From contig CAXXVZ010000004.1 in the NCBI GenBank assembly GCA_963678065.2, positions 256,001 through 320,000 on the forward strand: DNA of 64,000 nucleotides, given 5' to 3'. Origin of the DNA: Treponemataceae bacterium. GTDB lineage: Bacteria; Spirochaetota; Spirochaetia; Treponematales; Rectinemataceae. The position numbers were made by a program, and so were the translations under genes. This document shows, piece after piece, positions 27,581 to 36,414 of the stretch. Under the pieces are notes generated by a model. That model saw only the letters and a program-made list of their open reading frames with translations, made no database searches and had not been told where the DNA came from. Position 1 is the stretch's first letter, and each line of letters begins with the position of its first letter.

Positions 27581-29085
27581 CACCTGCCCCCTTCGCCGTT
27601 GGCCGCGAGCAGAACCGATTCCTCGGAGCACTCTTCGTACTTCATCTCGCGGGTGAACCTTCCGTTGCACATGATCATGACCCTGTCGGAGAGGCCGACG
27701 AGTTCGGGCAGATCCGAAGAGATGAGGATGACCGAGGTTCCGGCCCGCGCGAGCTTTTCGATCGACTGGTGGATGATCATCTTGGCGCCGATGTCGACGC
27801 CGCGGGTCGGTTCGTCCAGAATGAGAACCTTGGGTGAACTCGCGAGCCACTTCGCGAGGAGTACCTTCTGCTGGTTGCCGCCCGAGAGGTTGCCGACGGT
27901 CCGCGAAGGATCGGGCGGGTAGATGGCGAGTTCCTTTATGAGCGAGTCGACCGTGGTCCCACCCGCGCGCTTCGAGTAGACGGAGAATTTCGAGAGGCGG
28001 TGGATAATGGGCGAAAGAATGTTGTCGTCGACGGCGAGCCTGAGGGCGAGCCCTTCGACCTTGCGGTCCTCGGTAAGGTAGGCGATGCCCTCGTCGACGC
28101 GCGAGGCCATCGAGCGGCCTTTTACCCGCTTTCCATCCAGCTCGACCGCGCCTTCGTCGGCCCGGTCGAGGCCGACGAGTACGCGGGCCAGCTCCGAGCG
28201 GCCGGCTCCCGACAGGCCGCAGATACCCATGATTTCGCCGCGCCTGACCTCGAAGCTGACATCGTGGAAGAAGCCGTAGCGCGTCAGCTTCGCGACCTTG
28301 AAGCGGGATGGACCGATGGCGCGCTTGTCGCGGTTGTAGAATTCCTTGACAGAGCGGCCGACCATCATCTGGACGATCTCTTCCCGCGTGACTTCGACGA
28401 TCTCCTTCGTGGCTACCTTCTTTCCGTCGCGCATCACCGTGACGCGGTCGGCTATCCTGAAGATCTCCGGAAGATGGTGCGAAATGAAAACGATGGCGAG
28501 ACCCCGCTTCCTGAGAGTGTCGATGATTCCGAATAACCTCTCGACTTCCTCGCGGGAGAGCGCGCTCGTGGGTTCGTCCATGACGAGAATGCAGGGTTTC
28601 GTTCCGAGGACCTTCGCGATTTCGACGAGCTGGGCCTCGTGCTGGCTGATGTCCTCTATGGGAAGTCCCGGGTCGAGTTCGAGGCCGACCGAAGCGAGGA
28701 GACGTCTGGCCTCGGCATCGGCGGCCGCGCGGTCGAGAAGCCCGCGTTTTTTCGGAAGCCTGCCTGCGAGAAGATTCTCAGTGATGCTGATGGGCCTCGC
28801 GAGACTCAGCTCCTGGTAGATCATTCCGATGCCGTATTTTCGGGCCTCGGAGGGAGAGTGCAGGAGAACCTTCTTGTCGTTGATGAAGATGTCTCCGGTG
28901 TAGTCGTCGAATGATCCGGCGAGCATCTTCATGAGGGTCGATTTGCCCGCCCCGTTTTCCCCGACGAGGGCGTGCACTTCGCCCGCGTAAACCTGGAAGG
29001 TGACGTTGTCGACGGCTATCGTTCCCGGATAGCGTTTGCCGACTCCTTTCATCTCCAGCGCGACCCCTATCTCGTGTTCGCTCAC
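27580..29085 (-). CDS. Sugar ABC transporter ATP-binding protein (RbsA-like, two ABC domains)
   Basis: GENGAGKSTL, LVMDEPT, LSGGNQQKV, ILDEPTRGVDIG; GTG at 29085 overlaps the upstream TGA. Confidence 0.95.
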   Translation of the reverse strand: MSEHEIGVALEMKGVGKRYPGTIAVDNVTFQVYAGEVHALVGENGAGKSTLMKMLAGSFDDYTGDIFINDKKVLLHSPSEARKYGIGMIYQELSLARPISITENLLAGRLPKKRGLLDRAAADAEARRLLASVGLELDPGLPIEDISQHEAQLVEIAKVLGTKPCILVMDEPTSALSREEVERLFGIIDTLRKRGLAIVFISHHLPEIFRIADRVTVMRDGKKVATKEIVEVTREEIVQMMVGRSVKEFYNRDKRAIGPSRFKVAKLTRYGFFHDVSFEVRRGEIMGICGLSGAGRSELARVLVGLDRADEGAVELDGKRVKGRSMASRVDEGIAYLTEDRKVEGLALRLAVDDNILSPIIHRLSKFSVYSKRAGGTTVDSLIKELAIYPPDPSRTVGNLSGGNQQKVLLAKWLASSPKVLILDEPTRGVDIGAKMIIHQSIEKLARAGTSVILISSDLPELVGLSDRVMIMCNGRFTREMKYEECSEESVLLAANGEGGR

Positions 29086-30329
29086 TTCGCGCTCCCGTTG
29101 AATTGTGCGATCGCATCGTACATCGCGATGATGTTGGCGGGCGGGACATCGGGCAGGATGTTGTGGACCGTGTTGAACACGAATCCGCCGCCGGCCGAGA
29201 ATATTTCGAGCCTGCGCTTCACCTGCTCCGCGACCTGCGCGGGTGAGCCTGAATTGAGCACCTCGCGCGTGTCGACGCCGCCGCCCCAGAAACAGATATC
29301 TTTCCCGAATTCTTTTTTGAGTTTTTCCGGCCCCATGTCCTTCGCGTTCGTCTGGACCGGATTGAGAATGTCGTAGCCCACATCGATGAGGTCGGGCATG
29401 AGGCTGTAGAGCGATCCGCATGAATGAAGGAAGGTCTTCATGGAGCTGTGCTTCTTCACGTAGGCCACGAGTTCGGCGTGACGGGGCTTGAAGAGGCTCC
29501 GGTAGGTATCCGGGTTCATGAAGGGCCCCCCGTCGTGGCCGAGATCGTCCCCGAAGCGGATGATGTCGGCCACGTCGCCGACGGCCTCGCAGACCTTCTC
29601 CAGAGTCGCGAGGTGGCTCTCCATGAGGGCGTCCAGAAGCCGACCGACCTCTTCGGGCTCGCACAGGAGGTCCATGAGGAAATTGTCGATGCGCCGGAGG
29701 AAGGTCCCCCACTCGAAGAGGTTGCAGCCGGCGACGATCACGAGGGCGCGGTCGGACTTCGCCTTGAGCGCGAGCGCACGGGCGCGGAGATCCGCCCAGA
29801 AGTCATCGGCGGCGGCGTGATTCCAGGGCGAGTGCACGAGGGCGGACCAGAGAACCGCGCCCATCGCCTCTGGCAGGCCGGAATACTCGGCGGGATAGCC
29901 TTCCAGGTATGGAAAGCAGCGCTGGTCGTAGAAGGTCGCGCCCGCAGGCCGCTCGGCGATGAGCCGGCCAGAGCGATCGCAGGCGTAGAAGGAATCGCCG
30001 CGCCGCACCGGCTTGAACCAGGCCGGGTACTGCACCTTCCAGCCGCCGGGAAGCTCGATGTCGCTCCAGTCCGAGGGACTTTCGTCGAAGGCGCGCCCTA
30101 TGTCGACCACATCCACGCCGAAGCGGCCTAAGGCCCAGTCGTCGGGCTGGGCGAGTTCCTGCACGACGTCGTAGACTTTCACGGGCAGGTCGGAGTGTCC
30201 CAACTCGGCCGCGAGGCGCGAATAGGCGATCGCCGAGATGCCGGAGCTCGGCGTGGCTCCGAGGTCGACCGGAACTTTGTCCGGCTCCCGGTGCTCCACG
30301 GCCGAGAGGATGCGTTCGCGGGAAGTCAT
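29082..30329 (-). CDS. Uroporphyrinogen decarboxylase-fold (MtaA/CmuA-like) corrinoid methyltransferase
   Basis: MTSRERI..EPDKVPVDLG, FGDDLG, HSCG, LNPVQ, FWGGGVDT, FVFNTVHNI. Confidence 0.85.
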   Translation of the reverse strand: MTSRERILSAVEHREPDKVPVDLGATPSSGISAIAYSRLAAELGHSDLPVKVYDVVQELAQPDDWALGRFGVDVVDIGRAFDESPSDWSDIELPGGWKVQYPAWFKPVRRGDSFYACDRSGRLIAERPAGATFYDQRCFPYLEGYPAEYSGLPEAMGAVLWSALVHSPWNHAAADDFWADLRARALALKAKSDRALVIVAGCNLFEWGTFLRRIDNFLMDLLCEPEEVGRLLDALMESHLATLEKVCEAVGDVADIIRFGDDLGHDGGPFMNPDTYRSLFKPRHAELVAYVKKHSSMKTFLHSCGSLYSLMPDLIDVGYDILNPVQTNAKDMGPEKLKKEFGKDICFWGGGVDTREVLNSGSPAQVAEQVKRRLEIFSAGGGFVFNTVHNILPDVPPANIIAMYDAIAQFNGSAK

Positions 30330-31612
30330 CAGGCTTTGCCCACCTGGCCGGCATCGACGACATCACCGGCGGCGCCCGATGCATCGCCGGACGGACCGCC
30401 CGCGGCGAAGGCCCCGCGCCCGGCCGATTTTCCGGCGCGGAACAGGTCCATCTCGGGCATGTCGTACTCGCCGAGCTCGAGAGGATATTTTCCGTATTTC
30501 TTCACGAGATCGACGACGAAGCCGTAGCGCTCGGCCGAGACATTGCTCGGCACCGAGTGGTCGGACTGCACGATGTAGCCGCCGCCCTTGGCCGCGTTGA
30601 GCTTTCGCATAACCTGGGCTTTCAGCTCGTCCAGGGAGGCGTTCGCCCAGGCGAGAGCGTCGATATTGCCGCAGAAACCCATCTCGTGGCCGTACTGCTT
30701 GCGGATTTCGACGACATCGAGGCCGGACTTGGCCTCCAGGGGATTGTAGGCGTCGAGGCCTATCTCGATGAAATCGTCGTAGATCATAGTCGCGTTGCCG
30801 CAGCCGTGGTAGATGACGGGGATGCCTGCATCGTGGCAGACTCTGATCTGCTCCTTCACGATGGGCTTGAAATGCTCGCGCCAGAATACCGGCGAAAAGA
30901 GCATGCCGTTGCGGTAGGCCACGTCGCCCCAGATGACCATGCCGTCGAGCATGCCGTCCGCGGCCTTTATCTGGGCCTTCGTCATCTCGGCGAGGAAGCT
31001 GCCGACCCTCTCTATGAAGGCGCCCAGCTCATCGGGATACAGGCCCATCCACATGAAGGTGTTCTCGCTGCCGATGATGCGCCAGAGCTGCTCGTGACCC
31101 TCGCAGATCGAGCCGTAGACGGGGAAATCGGGATGAATGCTCTTGACGGTGTCGATCCAGGCGGGGGAATTGCGGGTGATGACGTCGCCCACGCCGGCGA
31201 GCTGGTTGTCGCCGGCACAGAAGTAGCGCCTGTCGTCCCAGGGATCGTCGAACTGGAAGGCCTCCATCTTCTCGATCGAGTCCGTGCCGAAGGACTCGAA
31301 GTAGGGCATCTGCGTGCCGAGCTTCTTGCGGATGACGGCCTCGTACCCGGTCCTGAGGATGATGTCGTCCTCGTGCTCGGAGAGGATTTCGAAGGGTTTG
31401 ATGTGCGGGTCCATGTTCGGGGTCGTGGATACCCAGTCGAGGTCGTAGTAGCGGTAGACGTCCACGTCGTCCGCGAGCCCGAGCTCCTTTCTCCATCGCT
31501 GGATGAAGGTCGTCCAGAAAAAATCGCTCACGGGAACCCTGTCCGCCTCTTCGTGGCGCAGGGTCGCGTTCATCCTTTCGAGCTTCTGCAGGCACTTCTC
31601 GGTTCTCTTCAT
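30329..31612 (-). CDS. Uroporphyrinogen decarboxylase-fold methyltransferase-like protein
   Basis: EADRVP, WGDVAY, YHGCGN, YNPLEAK, GNID, GGYIVQSDHSVP. Confidence 0.85.
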   Translation of the reverse strand: MKRTEKCLQKLERMNATLRHEEADRVPVSDFFWTTFIQRWRKELGLADDVDVYRYYDLDWVSTTPNMDPHIKPFEILSEHEDDIILRTGYEAVIRKKLGTQMPYFESFGTDSIEKMEAFQFDDPWDDRRYFCAGDNQLAGVGDVITRNSPAWIDTVKSIHPDFPVYGSICEGHEQLWRIIGSENTFMWMGLYPDELGAFIERVGSFLAEMTKAQIKAADGMLDGMVIWGDVAYRNGMLFSPVFWREHFKPIVKEQIRVCHDAGIPVIYHGCGNATMIYDDFIEIGLDAYNPLEAKSGLDVVEIRKQYGHEMGFCGNIDALAWANASLDELKAQVMRKLNAAKGGGYIVQSDHSVPSNVSAERYGFVVDLVKKYGKYPLELGEYDMPEMDLFRAGKSAGRGAFAAGGPSGDASGAAGDVVDAGQVGKA

Positions 31613-31670
31613 CGCGTTTCGTCCTTATTCTTCGCCATTCTTCGCCGCACGCGCGTTCATCCCCGCGCGC

Positions 31671-31994
31671 TCAGTCCTGGTGAAAGACTTCTTCCATGGT
31701 GGACCACCATTCGCCCTCGGCCCTGTTCGCGACAGGCTCCTGCATCGGCATCATGATGTCCCACCATTCCTGTGTTTTTTTGTCGGCGGCCATTCTGGCC
31801 ATATCGGCGGCGAAATCGCTGCCCGTGTACTCGAAATACGCGAAGAGCGTGCCGTCTTTGTGGTATATGGAATAATTTTTGATATTGCAGGCGCTGATCA
31901 TGGCGGCGACCTCGGGCCACACCGAAGCGTGAAATTTCTTGTATTTCTCCAGTACACCGGGCTTTATACCAATTATCTGACCGTAGCGAACCAT
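31671..31994 (-). CDS. rhaM: L-rhamnose mutarotase family protein
   Basis: YKKFHASVWPEV..IKNYSIY..LFAYFEY..TQEWW..MEEVFHQD; GGAGG RBS before ATG at 31994. Confidence 0.85.
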   Translation of the reverse strand: MVRYGQIIGIKPGVLEKYKKFHASVWPEVAAMISACNIKNYSIYHKDGTLFAYFEYTGSDFAADMARMAADKKTQEWWDIMMPMQEPVANRAEGEWWSTMEEVFHQD

Positions 31995-32026
31995 GGCGAC
32001 CTCCGCGGACTCGGCATCTATAGAAA

Positions 32027-32112
32027 ATGCTAACACGTTTTTCCAATCTGTCAAGCAAATTTAGTAAAATAGTGCTTGACAAATCAGCAGTATTGATAAA
32101 ATAATTTATCAA
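32027..32112. promoter_or_regulatory. Divergent sigma70 promoters and operator-like palindrome
   Basis: Inverted TGTCAAGCA/TGCTTGACA gives TTGACA on both strands. Minus strand TTGACA-16-TAGCAT; plus strand TTGACA followed by TGaTAAAAT. Palindrome TTGATAAA-N4-TTTATCAA at 32093-32112. Confidence 0.6.
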
Positions 32113-32132
32113 CCATTCATGAGGGAGTCGGA

Positions 32133-33239
32133 ATGAAAGTCACACTGCGCGATGTCGCGCTCGCGGCCGGGGTGTCCATGACAGCCGCGTCCATGGCCCT
32201 GTGCGAGACCGGAAGGCTCTCCGAAGAGACCAGGGAGAAGGTCAGAAGCGCCGCCCGCGAACTTGGGTACAAGACCAAATCTCTCGCTCCTCTCAGGATG
32301 GAGGAGGGTCCCGCCGTCGGAATCCTCATGAGCATCGACATCGAGTGGGCTTTCATATTCCACTTCATCCGTCCGATCATCGAGGAAATCGGCTCGACCC
32401 TCGCCGGCCACGGACTCACGACGATTCTCATTCCCATCTCGCGGCGCGACAATGCCGACGATATCTACACGAAAATCCAGAAATCCCGCTCCATCGCCGT
32501 CGCGGCCCTCCACTACGGGAACGAAACCCTCTTCGAGAAGCTCGAAAACGCAGGAACACCCGTCGTTCTCATCATGAACAGCAACTTCCAGGACCGCTTT
32601 TACTCAGTCTGCGTCGACGACTACCAGGGTGCCTACGAGGGCACCTGCAGGCTCATCCGGCGGGGTCACAGGACCATCGGGTACCTCGAATGCGTCAGGC
32701 AGGATCTGCCCCAGCTCCTCGTCGACCGGTTTTTCGGCTTCCGCAAGGCCGTAGAGGAATACGGACTCGACTTCGACGATTCCCTGAAGGCGCGGGTCGA
32801 GCCCGAGGACATGTCCGGCCTCGCCCAGAGACTCGAGCGCATGCTCGCCGACAATCCCGGCCTCACCGGCATCTTCGCTCTCGACGACGATCTCGCCCTG
32901 CGGATCGTCGTCGCCCTGTCCATGATAGGCAAGCGCGTTCCGTCCGACCTCTCGCTCATCGCCCCCGGAGACGTCCTCGACTACGAGCTTCCGCACGTTC
33001 CCCGCATAAGCACCATGCGCATCGACACGGCCTACATGGGGAAAATAGCCGCCCAGATGGTCCTCAACAGAATCCAGCACAATCCGCAGGAACTGCACGT
33101 GCTCAAGGTCAAGCAGCAGCTCGTGCGCCGCGGCTCGGTCGCGACGGGACCGGCCGGCCTCTCTCCTGGAGAGGAGACGGAAAATATCGATGCGATCCGT
33201 CAAATTTATCCTGTTGAGCGCTCGGGGATACGGGTCTAG
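32133..33239 (+). CDS. LacI-family transcriptional regulator
   Basis: VTLRDVALAAGVSMTAASMAL..LSEETREKV..ELGY; GHRTIGY; periplasmic-binding-fold C-terminus. Confidence 0.95.
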   Translation: MKVTLRDVALAAGVSMTAASMALCETGRLSEETREKVRSAARELGYKTKSLAPLRMEEGPAVGILMSIDIEWAFIFHFIRPIIEEIGSTLAGHGLTTILIPISRRDNADDIYTKIQKSRSIAVAALHYGNETLFEKLENAGTPVVLIMNSNFQDRFYSVCVDDYQGAYEGTCRLIRRGHRTIGYLECVRQDLPQLLVDRFFGFRKAVEEYGLDFDDSLKARVEPEDMSGLAQRLERMLADNPGLTGIFALDDDLALRIVVALSMIGKRVPSDLSLIAPGDVLDYELPHVPRISTMRIDTAYMGKIAAQMVLNRIQHNPQELHVLKVKQQLVRRGSVATGPAGLSPGEETENIDAIRQIYPVERSGIRV

Positions 33240-33316
33240 ACTAGGTACAGAGGGCTCCGCCGGAAGGACTCGGGCCCGCCCCGCACGCCCTACCGGAAGC
33301 CCGCAAGGAGACAGTC

Positions 33317-34615
33317 ATGCTGCACGATCCGGGAAGTTATTCGCCTCCTCTCGTCATCGATTCCATCGAACTGGACGCCGATGAAAAGGATGTCCTGAAG
33401 CGGCTCGGCGCGGAAATCGCAGGAATCGCCGACCTGCCCGTCCACGCCGAAAAGGCTGGGCTGTGGCGAAAGCTGAACGATCTCGATCCAGAAAGACCGA
33501 TGGTCTGGATCAACGAGATCCCCTGGCACGAGATGAATGTCGGCGACGAGCTCAGCCTGCGCTGCCGTGATCCCTGGGCCCGCGAGCTCGAGACGCGTCT
33601 CAGGAGGACGATCTACCAGTGGAAGCACATGCCGGCGGACATGATCGTCAATCCCTGGCTGGACTGCCCGCTCGCTGTACACTCCACGGACTTCGGCATC
33701 ATCGAAGATGTCGATATCGTCAGGACGGACTCAGGAAACGACATCTACTCGCGCCACTTCAACATTCAGATCCGGGAACCCGAAGACATAGAAAAAATAC
33801 GGATGCCGGTGGTGACTCACCAGGAAAAGACGACGGAAGTCAGCTTCGCGGTCATGCGGGAACTCTTCGCCGGCATCATCGACGTAAAAAAGGTCGGCCA
33901 GACCCACATCTGGTTCACTCCCTGGGACTACCTCATCAGGTGGTGGGGGATAGAGGAGGCCATGATGGACCTCGTCATGAGGCCCGAGATGGTTCACGCC
34001 GCGGTGGACCGCATGGTCGACGCGTGGATGAGGGAGCTGGATCAGTTCGAGGCGCAGAATCTCCTCTCGCTCGACTGCGACAACACGCGGATCGGCTCGG
34101 GCGGTTACGGCTATGTATCCGCCCTGCCGGGAGAGGATTTCAATCCCGCCCACGTGAGGCCGCGCAACATGTGGGGATGCTCCAACGCGCAGATATTCTC
34201 GAGCGTGTCGCCCGAAATGCACTGGGAGTTCGCCGTCGAGCACGATCTTCGCTGGCTCGCCCGCTGGGGCTTGACGTATTATGGCTGCTGCGAGCCGCTG
34301 GACCGGAAGGTCGACATTCTCAGGCGCATCCCGAATCTGCGAAAAGTGTCCGTGAGCCCCTGGAATGACCTTCCGCGGATGCTCGGGGCGATAGGCGGCG
34401 ACTACGTGGCCTCGGTCAAGCCGACCCCAGCCTGCTTCCTGGACGAGGGCTGGAATCCCGGGGCGGTGACGAAAAATCTCGCCGATACTGTCGAGCTCGC
34501 CTCGCGCACGGGGACGCCTGTCGAGTTCATCATGAAGGACATCAGCACGGTGCGCTACCATCCGGAGCGCCTGTGGCGGTGGTCAGAGCTCGCCATGAAG
34601 GCGGTCGGGGCCTGA
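33317..34615 (+). CDS. Uncharacterised protein, probable distant URO-D/methyltransferase TIM-barrel
   Basis: EIPWHE N-terminal motif; WGIEEAMMDLVMRPEMVH and VSPEMHWEF resemble URO-D helices; YYGCCEPL metal-ligand-like motif. Confidence 0.6.
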   Translation: MLHDPGSYSPPLVIDSIELDADEKDVLKRLGAEIAGIADLPVHAEKAGLWRKLNDLDPERPMVWINEIPWHEMNVGDELSLRCRDPWARELETRLRRTIYQWKHMPADMIVNPWLDCPLAVHSTDFGIIEDVDIVRTDSGNDIYSRHFNIQIREPEDIEKIRMPVVTHQEKTTEVSFAVMRELFAGIIDVKKVGQTHIWFTPWDYLIRWWGIEEAMMDLVMRPEMVHAAVDRMVDAWMRELDQFEAQNLLSLDCDNTRIGSGGYGYVSALPGEDFNPAHVRPRNMWGCSNAQIFSSVSPEMHWEFAVEHDLRWLARWGLTYYGCCEPLDRKVDILRRIPNLRKVSVSPWNDLPRMLGAIGGDYVASVKPTPACFLDEGWNPGAVTKNLADTVELASRTGTPVEFIMKDISTVRYHPERLWRWSELAMKAVGA

Positions 34616-34794
34616 AGTCGACTCTTCATCGGGCCGACCGGGCCACAGCGGGCAGTGGCGCGAGTGCCGCCAGGAAGGCCTCATCATGGCGGCCGGCCGT
34701 GACAGCTCCGGGAGGCCCGGTGTATAGTCGGCCGTAGCTCCCGGACCGCAGGGCGGCGATCGGCGGCGGCAGACCGGGATCGGAGGCATTCGGC

Positions 34795-35379
34795 ATGCTC
34801 ACTCTGACGATGACGGCGGGCGGACTCGCGGGCTTTGTCCTCATGTTCGCCTTCGACTGGATGACGACGAACAAGACAGGCAGATCGAGGGGGTTCGTCG
34901 GCCTCGCGGGCCTGTCTCTCCTCGTCGCGTCGACGCTCGCCCTCCTCGCGGTCACCGTCGACGCGCAGAGAATGCTGTCGGCGCCGGGAATCGCCTTCAC
35001 GACCCTCGGCCTGGCCTTCTTCGGACTGCTCGCCTACTCTCTCTTCTTCGAGCTGCCGAAGGAAACCTACGCGGGAGAGGACCCGCGCCACCTCGTCGTC
35101 GATACGGGGACATGGGCCCTGTGCAGGCATCCGGGTCTTCTCTGGTTCGCGCTGGGTTACGCCTCTCTCGCTCTCGCGGCGAGGTCTTTCCCCTTCTCGG
35201 TCGCGGCCATCGTCTGGACTGTCGCCGACATCGTGTATGTCATCCTTCAGGAGCGGTTCTTTTTCCGGAAAATCTTCGCCGACTACGAGCGCTACGCCGC
35301 GACTACGCCGATGCTCATCCCGAACCGGGCGAGCGTCGAAAAATGCCTCGCCACGATCGGGAGGAAGTCCCGCCCATGA
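34795..35379 (+). CDS. Integral membrane SAM-dependent methyltransferase (ICMT/PEMT family)
   Basis: Several TM helices; LVVDTGTWALCRHPG and QE..F...YERY..TTPMLIP family motifs. Confidence 0.75.
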   Translation: MLTLTMTAGGLAGFVLMFAFDWMTTNKTGRSRGFVGLAGLSLLVASTLALLAVTVDAQRMLSAPGIAFTTLGLAFFGLLAYSLFFELPKETYAGEDPRHLVVDTGTWALCRHPGLLWFALGYASLALAARSFPFSVAAIVWTVADIVYVILQERFFFRKIFADYERYAATTPMLIPNRASVEKCLATIGRKSRP

Positions 35380-35413
35380 ACCGTGACTCTATCGCTTGCA
35401 TCTCCGGTATCGC

Positions 35414-36178
35414 TTACACCTCCGGGCGCAGGGTCAGGACTCTGTCGTTGTCGTATGCCGGATCGATCACGTAGCCGGGCGGCACATGGAGAAATTCATT
35501 TTCGTCGACGCCGCCTGCGAGGAGGGCCCCGAGGAGGCGCATCGATCCGGGGATGAGGACAAACTCCTTTCCTTCGTCCGCCGCCCTCTGCCGCATCTCG
35601 TCCGCGTGTCCGAGTCCCGAGGTTTCGGGGATTTCGATGTAGCGGAGCTCGGTTTCGTGGAGTTCCGGATGGAGGGTCTCCCACACGTAGGCCGCGTTCT
35701 CCTCTCCGTATTTTTCGACGAGTTCGGCGTACTCGAGGCCTATACCCGTCGTCTGCCCGAGGATAGAGCTCCGGAGATAGGTGGAACCGCGCTCGATGTA
35801 GCCTGAGGAGGTCCAGGAGGCGCTGGGATTGTCCCCGAAGCGGGCGAGGAACTCGGTCTTCGAGCCGAGAAGGACGGTGCAGCAATCGTGGGCGCGCGGG
35901 ATGATGAGGGGGATCTTCCGGGCCGCGATGCCGGAAAGGCCATTGCCGCAGAGCCCGTAACCGAGGAGGATGGCGTCGTAGCCCCTCCCCCCCCGAAGCG
36001 CACCTTCTCCACCGGAGGCGGCGTCGATCCGCGCCTGGAGTGCTTCGCGCAGAGTCGAGGGACTCTCGTGGAGTCCGAGTTCCAGAAACTCGGGATCGAC
36101 GATGGCGTGCGTGCGGGACAAAAGTATACACAGTTCACGCTGGAATACGTTGCAGGCTATGAGTTTGTATTTTTTCAT
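35414..36178 (-). CDS. DUF1638-domain protein
   Basis: LIACNVF..LELGLHESP..YDAILLGYGLCGNG..PRAHDCCTVLLGS..YGEENA motifs. Confidence 0.88.
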   Translation of the reverse strand: MKKYKLIACNVFQRELCILLSRTHAIVDPEFLELGLHESPSTLREALQARIDAASGGEGALRGGRGYDAILLGYGLCGNGLSGIAARKIPLIIPRAHDCCTVLLGSKTEFLARFGDNPSASWTSSGYIERGSTYLRSSILGQTTGIGLEYAELVEKYGEENAAYVWETLHPELHETELRYIEIPETSGLGHADEMRQRAADEGKEFVLIPGSMRLLGALLAGGVDENEFLHVPPGYVIDPAYDNDRVLTLRPEV

Positions 36179-36414
36179 GCTTGGTTCTCCGCTTCAGTTG
36201 GCGCAGTCTCTGCACGTTCAGCCAGAATCGCGTCCGGCCCTCCTTTTTATACTGAATCATGCTACGATTCAAGGAGATCCGCCTAAAGGCGGCCATGTCT
36301 ATTTTTGAAATCTTCCCGGGCAAGTCAGGTTCACCCTCTCAGGTCCGCCCTTTTGTAAAAACGCAGCGCCGCAGCCGCGCAGCCGGCCGCGGCGCCCTAT
36401 TGGGAAACTGAAGA

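Noticed and set aside
27580..29712. Apparent long N-terminal extensions on the ABC ATPase (also CapA 47181-49382, AKR 55763, HAD 62280, amidohydrolase 51755)
   Set aside because: The extensions overlap other real genes. RBS-supported or translationally coupled internal starts give normal-length proteins, so these are not fusions.
29082..31612. Annotation of the URO-D-fold genes as heme-biosynthetic hemE
   Set aside because: The HemE RQAGR motif is missing, HxC metal-ligand motifs are present, and there are no tetrapyrrole genes nearby.
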